Below, in pieces: positions 21,961 to 31,061 of a stretch of DNA of 64,000 nucleotides. The notes under the pieces are model-generated. The model saw nothing but the letters and a program-made list of their open reading frames with translations, searched no databases and was not told the origin of the DNA. Positions within the stretch are counted from its first letter, which is position 1. Every line of letters starts with the position of its first letter. The DNA lies in the NCBI GenBank assembly GCA_025055115.1, contig JANWYJ010000008.1, forward strand, positions 44,230 to 108,229, given 5' to 3'. The position numbers and the translations under genes were made by a program. The stretch comes from Gemmata sp. (GTDB lineage Bacteria; Planctomycetota; Planctomycetia; Gemmatales; Gemmataceae).

Positions 21961-24921
21961 ATGATGCGCTGTTGGGGCTTACTGATCGCCTGGGGCTTAT
22001 CGTGGGTGGCGGTGGCGGCCGATCGCACGCCCGCGCCGTTGCCGGCGGAGAAGGCCGCGCGGCAGTCGGTTCTGCCCGATGGCTTCACGATGACGGTCTT
22101 CGCGGCCGAACCAGACGTAACACAACCCATTTCCTTCACCATCGACGCCAAAGGGCGGTTGTGGGTAGCCGAAGCAACCAACTACGGTCAATGGAAACCG
22201 ACGGGGAAAGATCGTGTGGTCATTCTGGAAGAACACCACGGTAAGCTCCGACGCACCCTCTTCTACGAAGGGTTCAACTACATCACCGGGATCGAGGTGG
22301 GCTTTGGCGGGGTGTATGTGATGAGTCCGCCGTGCCTGTACTTTGTGCCGGATCGCAACGGCGACGACCGCCCCGATGGCGAACCCGAAGTACTGTTCGA
22401 CGGTTTCGGCTACAAAGAAAGCCGGCACAACCTCGCCAATGGTTTCACCTGGGGGCCGGATGGCTGGCTGTACGGCGGCCATGGTCGCACCAGTCCTTCT
22501 GATGTGGGCCGCCCTGGCACACCGGCCGATCAGCGCATCCACTGCGACGGCGGCGTTTACCGCATTCACCCCACCCGGCTTGTGTTTGAGAACTTCGCCG
22601 ATGGAACGACCAATCCATGGGGCGTTGACTTCGACGACTACGGCGCCTGTTTCGTTTCCAACTGTGTCAACCCGCACCTCTTCCACATGCTGCAAGGCGG
22701 GCACTATGAACCCTGGCGCAACCGACCCAGCAGCCAATACGCCTACGAACGCCTCCCCACCATCGCCGACCACCTGCATTATCCCGGCGGCGATCTCCGC
22801 GGCGATTTGGGCAAACCCGACACCCTGGCGATGGGTGGCGGGCATGCCCACTGTGGCACGCTCGTTTATCTGGGCGATTCCTTTCCCGCCCGTTATCGCA
22901 ACACGGTGTTCATGTGCAATGTCCACGGTCGCCGTATCAATCACGACATTCTGAAGCGCAAAGGCTCCGGTTACACGGCCAGTCATGCCCCCGATTTCAT
23001 GATTTCCGCCGATCCGTGGTTTATGGGCGTAACACTTCGCACCGGGCCGGACGGCAGCGTTTTTGTCAGCGATTGGTCGGACACCGGGGAATGCCATACC
23101 TATCAACCCGATACCAGCACTGGGCGCATCTACAAGATTCGCTACACCGGAGCTAAACCCCGCGACTTCCCCCCCGACCTCAATCAACTCCACGATGCCG
23201 AACTGGTGCAACTGCAAACGCACCCGAACGATTTCTTCGTCCGCCATGCCCGGCGCATTCTCCAAGAACGCTGTGCTACCCGCGATGCAAAAGCCAATAC
23301 CGCCGTGCACCACGCCTTGGATCGAGCCGTGGATACGCACACCGACGTGCGGCACCGTCTGCGTGCGTTGTGGGCACTGCACGCCACCGGCGGCACCACC
23401 CCGCAGCGGTTGGCCGGCTTGCTCGCCGACCCGTCGGAATATCTGCGCGCCTGGGCGATTCAACTGTTGTGCGAACGTGATACTCCCACCGACGACATCC
23501 TGGCGCAGTTCGCAACGCTCGCAAAAACCGACCCCTCGCCCCTCGTCCGCCTGTACCTCGCCAGTGCCTTACAACGGCTTCCTGTGGAGAAACGCTGGCC
23601 CATTCTGGAACAGCTCCTCCGCCACGCCGACGATGCTACCGACGCTAACATTCCCCTGATGCTCTGGTACGCCATCGAACCGGCGGTGCCGACCGATCCG
23701 GCTCGCGCCTTGGCCCTCGCCGTGTCCGGCCGCCTACCACGCGTACGCGCCTTCATCGCCCGCCGGGCCGCCGAACATGCTGTCAGCCAGGGCGCGAAAG
23801 CCAACTTCACATCACTAATGACTGTACTGAAGATTGCCGACGACGCCGTACAACGCGATCTGCTCGACGGCACACTGACTGGTCTTCGTGGGCAGAAGAA
23901 CCTTCCCATGCCCCCCGAGTGGCCCGCAACCTACGCCCGGCTCCGCGGCCATTCCGATGCCGTGATCCGCGAACACGCGGTACGCCTGGCACTGATCTTC
24001 GGCGATCCTCAGGCGGTCAACGACCTGGTGCGGCTGGTGAAAAATACCGCCGCCGCGCCGGCACAGCGCGTCGCGGCGATTGCCGCGTTGGTCGAATACC
24101 AAGCCCAAGACTTCGATCGCGTTCTTCACGAACAACTGACCGATACCGCCACCCGTCAGGCCGCGATTCGGGGACTAGCGGCGTACACCCACCCGGATAC
24201 GCCACAAAAGCTCCTGGCGGTCTACCCCCAACTGACCTCTGAGGAAAAGCAAGACGCCATCGCCACGCTTTCGGCACGGGCCGAATATGCATTGGCCCTT
24301 CTGGAGGCGGTTGCAGCGAACAAACTGCCACGCCGCGACATCTCGGCGTTCGCGGCTCGGCAAATGTTCGCGCTTAACAATGCCCAACTCACCGACCGGT
24401 TGAAAGCCGTCTGGGGGGAGGTTCGCACCACCGCCGCCGACAAGCAGAAACTCATTGCCCGCTACAAAAACCAGCTCACCGAGGCCGTTCTGAAGAACGC
24501 CAACCGCGCCAACGGCCGCCTGTTGTTCATGCAGCACTGCCAACAATGCCACAAGCTTTTCGGCGAAGGCCACACAATCGGCCCCGATCTGACGGGTGGC
24601 AACCGCCACAATCTCGACTATCTGCTGGCTAACCTGGTTGATCCCAGTGCGGAAGTGGGACGGGATTTCCGCATGTCGGTGGTGCGAACGGTCGATGAAC
24701 GCACCATCACCGGCCTGTTGGTGGAACGCACGGCAGCCCGGCTGGTCATTCAAACCGCGACCGACAAAATCGTCGTCGCCGCCCGCGATGTGGCCAGCGT
24801 CACGGATTCGCCCCTGTCGATCATGCCCGAAGGCTTGTTGGAGAAGCTCACCCGCGAAGAAGTTCGCGATCTGATTGCTTATCTGCAAAGCCCGGTGCAG
24901 GTAGAGCTACCACCGCGATAG
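21961..24921 (+). CDS. PVC-type heme-binding CxxCH protein (membrane-bound dehydrogenase-like domain + HEAT repeats + C-terminal cytochrome c domain)
   Basis: 986 aa with a signal peptide, an N-terminal beta-propeller-like dehydrogenase region, HEAT-like repeats and the motif CQQCHKLFGEGHTIGPDLTG. Confidence 0.85.
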   Translation: MMRCWGLLIAWGLSWVAVAADRTPAPLPAEKAARQSVLPDGFTMTVFAAEPDVTQPISFTIDAKGRLWVAEATNYGQWKPTGKDRVVILEEHHGKLRRTLFYEGFNYITGIEVGFGGVYVMSPPCLYFVPDRNGDDRPDGEPEVLFDGFGYKESRHNLANGFTWGPDGWLYGGHGRTSPSDVGRPGTPADQRIHCDGGVYRIHPTRLVFENFADGTTNPWGVDFDDYGACFVSNCVNPHLFHMLQGGHYEPWRNRPSSQYAYERLPTIADHLHYPGGDLRGDLGKPDTLAMGGGHAHCGTLVYLGDSFPARYRNTVFMCNVHGRRINHDILKRKGSGYTASHAPDFMISADPWFMGVTLRTGPDGSVFVSDWSDTGECHTYQPDTSTGRIYKIRYTGAKPRDFPPDLNQLHDAELVQLQTHPNDFFVRHARRILQERCATRDAKANTAVHHALDRAVDTHTDVRHRLRALWALHATGGTTPQRLAGLLADPSEYLRAWAIQLLCERDTPTDDILAQFATLAKTDPSPLVRLYLASALQRLPVEKRWPILEQLLRHADDATDANIPLMLWYAIEPAVPTDPARALALAVSGRLPRVRAFIARRAAEHAVSQGAKANFTSLMTVLKIADDAVQRDLLDGTLTGLRGQKNLPMPPEWPATYARLRGHSDAVIREHAVRLALIFGDPQAVNDLVRLVKNTAAAPAQRVAAIAALVEYQAQDFDRVLHEQLTDTATRQAAIRGLAAYTHPDTPQKLLAVYPQLTSEEKQDAIATLSARAEYALALLEAVAANKLPRRDISAFAARQMFALNNAQLTDRLKAVWGEVRTTAADKQKLIARYKNQLTEAVLKNANRANGRLLFMQHCQQCHKLFGEGHTIGPDLTGGNRHNLDYLLANLVDPSAEVGRDFRMSVVRTVDERTITGLLVERTAARLVIQTATDKIVVAARDVASVTDSPLSIMPEGLLEKLTREEVRDLIAYLQSPVQVELPPR

Positions 24922-25017
24922 AACCGGTTGCACCCCCCCTCGGAGACGACATTGCCGAAGCCCTAGCTTCCGACGGTGCTACCGCCGCGATAGAACCGGG
25001 GGCAACCCTCCTAGGGG
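24906..25017. repeat. Direct repeat, period 72 bp, spanning the stop codon of the 21961-24921 CDS
   Basis: gctaccAccgcgatagaaccgg at 24906 includes the tag stop at 24919-24921. The copy gctaccGccgcgatagaaccgg lies at 24978. Weaker similarity continues for about 16 more nt. Confidence 0.9.
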
Positions 25018-25123
25018 CCACAAGCCCATCGGGAGGACATACCTTTCCTCCGTGTTGTCCCTGGTGGTCACGGGTGGTGCCGAAAGCTCAGGGGGTGGAA
25101 ACAACGTGGCTTCTGGGCGTTGG

Positions 25124-25177
25124 GTCGAGATGGCGACGATGGGGGCAACCGTCGAGACGGCGACGATGGGGGCAACC
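25124..25177. repeat. 27-bp tandem duplication
   Basis: gtcgaga[t/c]ggcgacgatgggggcaacc x2, 26/27 identical. Confidence 0.9.
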
Positions 25178-25358
25178 GTCGATCACTCCCCGGATGCGAC
25201 TCCGTCGAGCACGATGGGTTGGAGGAACTCCAGGGTAACACGCCTCCACTTCAGCCTTAGTGGAATGGGGCCGTGTGCGGCCGTCAATCAGTTCCCTGAT
25301 CACGAAGTGTTAGATAACCACCTCAGCCTCGGTAGAATGAGGCCGTGGCCGGGGCGAT

Positions 25359-25820
25359 TCAATGGCTTTTCACCTTGAGCGTTTGCACAGTGCCGGTGCC
25401 GTCGCACAGTGGCACGCTGGTACTGGAAGGGTCGGCCAACACTTCGGCCAACGTGGTGTTTCGGAAGGCTTCCTCCACGGCGGCCATGGCCGCATCCATC
25501 CGCCGATGCAGCGGGCAGAGGTTGGTTCCGTGGTTGGGGAGGTTCAGCGGGCAGGTGAAGTAGCGAGTGATGGGTTCCACCGCGTTGACGACATCCAAAA
25601 TCGTCACTTCCTCCGGCGGTCGGGACAGCGAAATGCCACCGCCGACACCCCGCTGCGTTTGCAGAAGTCCTTTCTTGGCCAGACCTTGCAGAATTTTCGA
25701 CAGATAATCTTTGGGCACCCGTGTCGCTTCGGCGATCTGTGCTGTCGTCCGCGCTTCGGGTGCCTCGTGAGCTAAGTGAATCACCGCCCGCAAGGCATAC
25801 TCGACCGTCTGCGAAAACAT
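25359..25820 (-). CDS. Rrf2-family transcriptional regulator (IscR/NsrR-like)
   Basis: 153 aa with an N-terminal wHTH (MFSQTVEYALRAVIHLA...YLSKILQGLAKKGLLQTQRGVGGG). Candidate ligand residues are CPLNLPNHGTNLCPLH (C-x11-C-x2-H). Confidence 0.9.
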   Translation of the reverse strand: MFSQTVEYALRAVIHLAHEAPEARTTAQIAEATRVPKDYLSKILQGLAKKGLLQTQRGVGGGISLSRPPEEVTILDVVNAVEPITRYFTCPLNLPNHGTNLCPLHRRMDAAMAAVEEAFRNTTLAEVLADPSSTSVPLCDGTGTVQTLKVKSH

Positions 25821-25882
25821 TCCTCGGCTCCGGGTTTGCTAGGCACTTCGGGTTTTTCTAGGCACCAATTGTGTTAGGCTGG

Positions 25883-25910
25883 TTGACATTCGATTATAGC
25901 GGGTTAAGCT
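25883..25910 (+). promoter_or_regulatory. Sigma-70-like promoter candidate for the protoglobin gene
   Basis: TTGACA (25883-25888), N16, TAAGCT (25905-25910). The palindrome starts 9 nt downstream of the -10 element. Confidence 0.35.
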
Positions 25911-25918
25911 AAAAGGAC

Positions 25919-25951
25919 GAAATTGGAATTTGGACTCCAATTTCCAATTTC
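25919..25951. promoter_or_regulatory. 33-bp near-perfect palindrome, candidate Rrf2 operator
   Basis: GAAATTGGAATTTGGA-c-TCCAATTTCCAATTTC, with 15 of 16 arm positions complementary. It lies between the divergent Rrf2 and protoglobin genes. Confidence 0.5.
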
Positions 25952-26002
25952 ACCGATCGCAACTGTTCGGTGGTTCTCGTCCCTCAGCCCGGAGCCTGCT
26001 TC

Positions 26003-26578
26003 ATGACACACATCGACGAACCGCGCTTGGAATCAGATTTGGGTTATCGGTTTGGGTATGTCGCGAACTTCATGGGCTTTGGTCCAGAAGATGTTGCAGC
26101 CATTCACGGGGTGGCCGACCGGCTAGCCCCCCTGGTGCCTGCGTTGGTGGATGCCGTTTACAACCAATTGATTCAATACGACGCCACGTGGCGGCATTTT
26201 CTTCCCCGTCAGTATGGTTACGACGGGGAAATTCCGGCCACACTGGACCAACTGACGCTGGACCATCCGTCGATCGCCTTCCGCAAGCAGCATCTGGCCC
26301 GTTACTTAAATGGTTTGGTTACAAGACCTTACGACGGAAAGATGGTGGAATACCTGGACATGGTCGGGAAGATTCATACCCCGAAGGCCGGCAATCCGGC
26401 CATCCATGTTCCGTTGGTGCAAATGAATGCTCTGATGGGCTTTGTGGCCGACGCACTGACCGCGACGATCCTCAGTTTAGGGTTGGAGCGCGAAGTGGAG
26501 GTCCGAACGTTGCGGGCGTTTGGCAAATTGTTATGGATTCAAAACGATTTGATTAATCGGCACTATGCCGTCGCCTAA
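26003..26578 (+). CDS. Protoglobin domain protein
   Basis: 191 aa. FGPEDVAAIHGVADRLAPLVPALVDAVYNQL...FRKQHLARYLNGLV...VGKIHTPKAGNPAIHVPLVQMNALMGFV...LLWIQNDLINRHY resembles the protoglobin / globin-sensor fold. Confidence 0.8.
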   Translation: MTHIDEPRLESDLGYRFGYVANFMGFGPEDVAAIHGVADRLAPLVPALVDAVYNQLIQYDATWRHFLPRQYGYDGEIPATLDQLTLDHPSIAFRKQHLARYLNGLVTRPYDGKMVEYLDMVGKIHTPKAGNPAIHVPLVQMNALMGFVADALTATILSLGLEREVEVRTLRAFGKLLWIQNDLINRHYAVA

Positions 26579-26766
26579 GGTGTGCTGTTTGTGCCGGGGG
26601 GCTGGTGTCGGTCAAAGCAATCAGGCCACCACCAAGAACTGGTCGTCTCAGGTGTGGTGTAGTGTTTGTGCCCCGTCACACCACCACCAACCGGTCGTCG
26701 CTGGTGTAGTGTTTGTGTCCCGTCAGGGGTGGTGTTTGTGTCCCGTCAGGTGTGGTGTTTGGGCGC
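26577..26766. repeat. GT-rich repeat array starting at the protoglobin stop codon
   Basis: 4-5 degenerate copies of ggtgt(g)gtgtttgtg[c/t]cc(c)gtca, with two longer units at 26624-26677 and 26678-26724. It is flanked by gccggggg(g)ctgg motifs. Confidence 0.8.
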
Positions 26767-26858
26767 CGGGGGCTGGCTGGTCGGCCCCCGGCGCCGGTTG
26801 CGGGAACTCGGGTTGTTGCTACGGAATGAAGCTGAGCCGACGTTCTGCGGCCCGACTT

Positions 26859-26979
26859 AGCGTTTGATGCTCTTGAGCGTTTGATGCTCTTCAGTAGGCT
26901 TTCAACTAGTCCACACCGTCCCAGGGTGTACCCGGCACCGTGTGGCTAGCGTTTGATGCTCTTCAGCAGGCTTTCGACT
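26859..26979. repeat. Three copies of the 3' end of the 26946-27611 CDS (periods 17 and 72 bp)
   Basis: agcgtttgatgctctt occurs at 26859, 26876 and 26948. The 26876 copy matches 30/32 nt of the true gene end, which includes the stop complement cta at 26946-26948. Confidence 0.9.
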
Positions 26980-27611
26980 GTGGCCCGATAGTCTTCCGGG
27001 ACTTCTTTCGGGTCGGTGGTTTCGATCTTTTGTTTGTCGTCTTGGATGATGATCTTAGGCGGATCGTTGCCCGCCAAAGCACCAACGATGGTGTAACTCA
27101 CATTGTTACGGCGGGCGCGGATGGTGAAGGTGTCGTTAACGATCGTGATTGACTGGGTGGTGACGCCAACAGCGTTTTCGAAAGCGATACCGTTGATGAC
27201 GACACGAGCACCCCCTCGGCCGCCCCGCATCGGCGGCAGCGGCTCGAACTTCTTCTCTGGCTGCGTGGGGCGTTCGAATTCCCGGCCGGTTAGCGCCTTT
27301 TCGATCCGCCCCAGTTCTTTGGAGATCGCGTCCACATCTTCGCCCTTTTTATGGGCGGCTTCCACCGCTTGCCGCAAGGCGGTCAGTTCGGGGGGCGCTT
27401 GACCGGCTTTGAACGTCGGTTGGGCCAAGGCTTTTTCCAGGGCCACGAGGGCATCGCTGATCAGGCCGACGTTGACGCCCTTCTTCTCGGCTTGTTCCAC
27501 GGCATACTTGAGGTCGTCCAGATTCACGGCCGCGGGTTGGGGGTCGGCCGCAGTCACGGTGGTGGCCGTCAGAACGACAACCACCGTCGCAAAGAGTCGT
27601 GCGCGGAGCAT
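26946..27611 (-). CDS. Secreted hypothetical protein with a helical repeat module shared with the upstream PDZ protein
   Basis: Signal peptide MLRARLFATVVVVLTATTVTA. The module VNLDDLKYAVEQAEKKGVNV...PPELTALRQAVEAAHKKGEDVDAISKEL is paralogous to residues in the 27677-28810 product. Confidence 0.6.
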   Translation of the reverse strand: MLRARLFATVVVVLTATTVTAADPQPAAVNLDDLKYAVEQAEKKGVNVGLISDALVALEKALAQPTFKAGQAPPELTALRQAVEAAHKKGEDVDAISKELGRIEKALTGREFERPTQPEKKFEPLPPMRGGRGGARVVINGIAFENAVGVTTQSITIVNDTFTIRARRNNVSYTIVGALAGNDPPKIIIQDDKQKIETTDPKEVPEDYRATVESLLKSIKR

Positions 27612-27676
27612 GGCAGGCCCTCCCGTGATGAAGGAATCATCCTCGATCGCGATGGCTTGATTTCGTGGTGGAGGAA

Positions 27677-28810
27677 TCAATCCCGATCGAGTTGCTTGAG
27701 TTCCCGTTCGAGTCGCTTTTGCAATTCGTCAAGTTCGCGTTGCAGTTGGGGTAAGGCGTTGGGGAAACCGGGCAAGTCGTTGGGTACCAGCACGCCAGCT
27801 TCGGGCAATTCCACGTCTTTGATTTCGACCTTCTTGCCCTTGCGCAACACGACGACCGTGAATTTTTCACCGGCTTTCGCTTCGTTGATCCGGCGGGCGA
27901 ATTCATCCGGATCGTTGCTCACCGGCTTGCCGGCGAATTCCAGGATGATGTCGTTGGCTTTCAGTCCCACTTTCTCCGCTACGGTGTTGGGAATCACCGA
28001 GGAAACGACAATCCCGGTATTGGGTTCCAAACCCAGTTGTTCAGCGGCCACCGCCGGGACACGTTCCATGCGGATGCCGAAGCGAACCCGTTCTGCCGGC
28101 CGAGCCACATCAGGGCCGATCGGATCGGGGAAATTGGGAGGCATTGGCAACAGCCGCGGCAAACGACCTGCACCAGCCGCTTTGAGCATCAATTCTTGCG
28201 ATTCGGCCAGCAGTTTCCGCGCTTCTGGGTCGCGGGGATTGCGCATCAGCAGTTCGGTGGCTTTCCGCCGCAATTCCATCGCTCTGTTGAAGCCGGGAAC
28301 GTCGATACCACCAATGATGCCGAAATCGCCCATACCCGGATCGGGCAGAATCGGTAGCGGCAGATCGGGCACGAAGGGCCGCGGACGACGGTTGTTCGGG
28401 TTGGGTTGTGGCTCGGGTTGCGGTTCGGGCTTGGGTTTGGCGAGCGATCGGCCGGCGATTGCCATTTCGATCGCTAACAATTCCTTAGTAACTCGATCAA
28501 CATTCTCGCCTTTACGGGCCGCAGCATCGACCGCATCGCGCAGGGCTTGTAATTCCGGCGGTACGGTGCCCGGTTGAACATTCGGCAGCACTTTCTCGAA
28601 GGCTTCGAGAGCTTTGGTGATCTCATCAACATTCGCCCCACGTTGGGAATCGGCCTCCAGCGCTTCGCGCAGCGCGGTCAGATCGACCGGTTTGTTGGCC
28701 GTCGCTTTGGGCGCGGGCTGGGGTTGTTCGGCGGCCAGCGTCCATCCGACCGCGGCCAGCACACCCATGACCAAGCTCGAAATCCCGACTATTAAGCCTT
28801 TCCGAACCAT
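27677..28810 (-). CDS. Secreted or anchored PDZ domain protein
   Basis: N-terminal TM/signal segment, the same helical module as the downstream gene, a Pro-rich linker and a C-terminal PDZ (GIVVSSVIPNTVAEKVGLKANDIILEFAGKPV). GAGGAGG precedes the ATGs at 28819 and 28810. Confidence 0.75.
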   Translation of the reverse strand: MVRKGLIVGISSLVMGVLAAVGWTLAAEQPQPAPKATANKPVDLTALREALEADSQRGANVDEITKALEAFEKVLPNVQPGTVPPELQALRDAVDAAARKGENVDRVTKELLAIEMAIAGRSLAKPKPEPQPEPQPNPNNRRPRPFVPDLPLPILPDPGMGDFGIIGGIDVPGFNRAMELRRKATELLMRNPRDPEARKLLAESQELMLKAAGAGRLPRLLPMPPNFPDPIGPDVARPAERVRFGIRMERVPAVAAEQLGLEPNTGIVVSSVIPNTVAEKVGLKANDIILEFAGKPVSNDPDEFARRINEAKAGEKFTVVVLRKGKKVEIKDVELPEAGVLVPNDLPGFPNALPQLQRELDELQKRLERELKQLDRD

Positions 28811-28983
28811 GTTTCCCATCCTCCTCAGTGTCGTGCTCTTCCTCAGGTATCGTCTTCGCATTCTTTTCTTCCATCGTATCGCAACTCTTATTTCACCAGA
28901 TCGCCATATCCGCAGCAAGTCTGTGATGGGTCGCGGTAACGAGTTGTTACAGAGAATCTCTCCGCGCAGAAGCGGGTGAATCG

Positions 28984-29025
28984 ATCCATAACAATCCATA
29001 ACAATCAGCAATCCATAACAATCAG
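28984..29025. repeat. ATCCATAACA x3, upstream of the PDZ gene
   Basis: Copies at 28984, 28994 and 29011. This is a locally AT-rich stretch 170-200 nt upstream of the PDZ start. Confidence 0.85.
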
Positions 29026-29062
29026 ATAGCCCAGCCCATCACAGCGATTCACATCAGCACGA

Positions 29063-29134
29063 GAAAACGTGGTCGCTCGGGCCAAGGAAGCCGCCCGAGC
29101 GTGGGAAAAGGTGGTCGCTCGGGCATAGGAAGCC
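29063..29134. repeat. 30-bp direct repeat (period 42) containing a 9-bp stem hairpin
   Basis: gaaaa[c/g]gtggtcgctcgggc[ca/at]aggaagcc occurs at 29063 and 29105. The hairpin is CGCTCGGGC (29074-29082) paired with GCCCGAGCG (29093-29101). Confidence 0.85.
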
Positions 29135-29233
29135 CTGGTAACGAAGTGGACCCACGCCGCGGGGTCGGGTGCGCACGGTCTGTCGCTTTGGTTCAACACG
29201 CACCGCAAGCGGCGGCGAAGCGAACGGACGACG

Positions 29234-29293
29234 CTAGTAGCTCTGGCGGCGCATCGCGGTGTACTAGTAGCTCTGGCGGTGCATCGCGGTGTA
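29234..29293. repeat. 30-bp tandem duplication spanning the stop codon of the 29264-29824 CDS
   Basis: ctagtagctctggcgg[c/t]gcatcgcggtgta x2, 29/30 identical. The downstream copy keeps an in-frame stop. Confidence 0.95.
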
Positions 29294-29824
29294 GCCGGCG
29301 ATGACTTCGGCTCGGTTCATCACCACAAGTGTCCAAATTCCGAACACCAGGCCGAGGAAACAGCATGGACTCAAGCACGGGATGAAGGAAAGAACCGCTC
29401 CGGTCTTGACCAACCCGGGACTGGTCAGCTTGAGCAGATTGACACCCGCCAGAAGGATGATCAGCGACAGCAACGCCGTGAGAATGGCCTGGGGAATGAT
29501 GATGGGTTTGATCATCTTTCCCACCTTCTCCAGAATGTCGAGCTGCTCTTGTTTTTGGTTGGCGGGAATGTTGGGGTCGTCTTCGATCTTTTTCATCTCC
29601 TTTTCCCACAATTCATCGAATTGGTGAAATTGAACTGCGTTGACGGCCGCAAGAACAAAGCCCAGCACCCCTGTGATGAGTAGTCCGATGGCGGGGCCAA
29701 GGACACGATTTCTGGCCGCGGCGATGGTTTGTTGATCGGCTTCGGGGTCGTCGTAGCGATCGTCGAGAGGGTCGTTGTTGCGGTCGCCGTGGCGTTGGTA
29801 GTCATCATCGGGATAGTTCGACAT
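29264..29824 (-). CDS. Hypothetical membrane protein (acidic N-terminus, 3-4 TM segments)
   Basis: Start at ATG 29824 (MSNYPDDDYQRHGDRNNDP...). Hydrophobic segments include GPAIGLLITGVLGFVLAAV, IIIPQAILTALLSLIILLAGV and CCFLGLVFGIWTLVV. Confidence 0.6.
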   Translation of the reverse strand: MSNYPDDDYQRHGDRNNDPLDDRYDDPEADQQTIAAARNRVLGPAIGLLITGVLGFVLAAVNAVQFHQFDELWEKEMKKIEDDPNIPANQKQEQLDILEKVGKMIKPIIIPQAILTALLSLIILLAGVNLLKLTSPGLVKTGAVLSFIPCLSPCCFLGLVFGIWTLVVMNRAEVIAGYTAMHRQSY

Positions 29825-29901
29825 AGTGCCCTGATTGGTAAGAGTTCTGCGTAGGTGATGGGGCGACGTTGTGTGGTTTCCCTCAGGTTGTGTGGTTTCC
29901 C

Positions 29902-30414
29902 TCAGTATGTGATCAGGCTGAAGACATCCCGGCCCGCGAGCTGTTGCGCGCCGTGGAGAAAGGATAATTCGATGAGGAACGCACAGCCCACCACTACGCC
30001 CCCCGATTCTTCGACCAGTTTGCACGCGGCGGCCATAGTCCCCCCGGTGGCTAGTACGTCATCGACCAACAGCACGCGTAATCCCGGCGTGATGGCGTTG
30101 GCGTGGACGTGCAATTCGGCACTGCCGTATTCGAGGTCGTATTTGTAGCTACGGGTGGCGCCCGGCAGCTTGCCCGGCTTGCGCAGGGGAATGAGAGGTT
30201 TTTTCATCTGCAAGGCCATGGGGGCGGCGAAGAGAAATCCGCGTGCTTCCGCAGCCGCAATCGCCTCGACCGGCGCGGCCTGATAATGCCGGCACAGGGC
30301 ATCGACCGCGTAGGCGTAGGCCTCCGGGTGGGCCATCAGTGGCATGATGTCTTTGAAGAGTACGCCGGGTTTGGGAAAATCCGGCACATCGCGAATGTAC
30401 GCCTTGAGGTCCAT
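29902..30414 (-). CDS. apt: Adenine phosphoribosyltransferase
   Basis: 170 aa with IRDVPDFPKPGVLFKDI and the PRPP-binding VLLVDDVLATGGT. Confidence 0.93.
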   Translation of the reverse strand: MDLKAYIRDVPDFPKPGVLFKDIMPLMAHPEAYAYAVDALCRHYQAAPVEAIAAAEARGFLFAAPMALQMKKPLIPLRKPGKLPGATRSYKYDLEYGSAELHVHANAITPGLRVLLVDDVLATGGTMAAACKLVEESGGVVVGCAFLIELSFLHGAQQLAGRDVFSLITY

Positions 30415-30502
30415 GTCTGCCCCCTCTGGTATGATTCTTGTCTTAGCGTAACATGCTTCCCAAGGGTAGCATTGACGGTTTCTTTCCCCTCAACAACGTG
30501 TT

Positions 30503-30982
30503 ATGAACCTGCACATTCGCCGGGCAACGGTGGCCGATTTGCCAGTCTTGGTGGCTTTCAATCAAGCCATTGCTTGGGAAACGGAACACAAACAGCTCGA
30601 TGAACAGATTGTGACCACCGGGGTCCGAGCGGTTTTCGACAACCCGGCTCGGGGATTCTATACCGTAGCGGAACGCGACGGTGCGGTGGTTGGCCAAATT
30701 ATGGTCACCTACGAATGGAGCGATTGGCGCAACGGCTGGTTTTGGTGGATTCAAAGTGTCTATGTCCGGGAGGATGCCCGGCGCAGCGGTGTATTTCGTG
30801 CCCTCTATGAAGCCATCCGCGACCAGGCGGCCCGCGATCCGACAGTGATCGGTCTGCGCCTGTACTTCGACATCGCCAATACCCGCGCTCAGGCTACCTA
30901 CCGGGCTATGGGCATGCGCGATACCACCTATGGCATCATGGAAGTCTATCCCCTCCCGGGGCGCGAATCGCACATTCGTTGA
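30503..30982 (+). CDS. GNAT family N-acetyltransferase
   Basis: 159 aa with a GNAT core, including the acetyl-CoA motif VYVREDARRSGVFRALYEAI. Confidence 0.85.
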   Translation: MNLHIRRATVADLPVLVAFNQAIAWETEHKQLDEQIVTTGVRAVFDNPARGFYTVAERDGAVVGQIMVTYEWSDWRNGWFWWIQSVYVREDARRSGVFRALYEAIRDQAARDPTVIGLRLYFDIANTRAQATYRAMGMRDTTYGIMEVYPLPGRESHIR

Positions 30983-31061
30983 CGGCAGAAGCCGCTAACC
31001 GACGAAACTTTCGCTGCTATCGCGGCCGCGAATCGCACATTCGTTGACGGCAGGAGCCGCT
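30963..31061. repeat. 34-bp direct repeat (period 65) spanning the GNAT stop codon
   Basis: gcgaatcgcacattcgttgacggcag[a/g]agccgct occurs at 30963 and 31028, 33/34 identical. The tga stop at 30980-30982 lies inside the first copy. Confidence 0.95.

Noticed and set aside
26579-26600. ggtgtgctgtttgtgcc, reminiscent of the 5' end of SRP (4.5S) RNA.
   Set aside because: No downstream GGAA/GNAR tetraloop helix-8 motif or complementary 3' end is present. The sequence is the first unit of the GT-rich repeat array.
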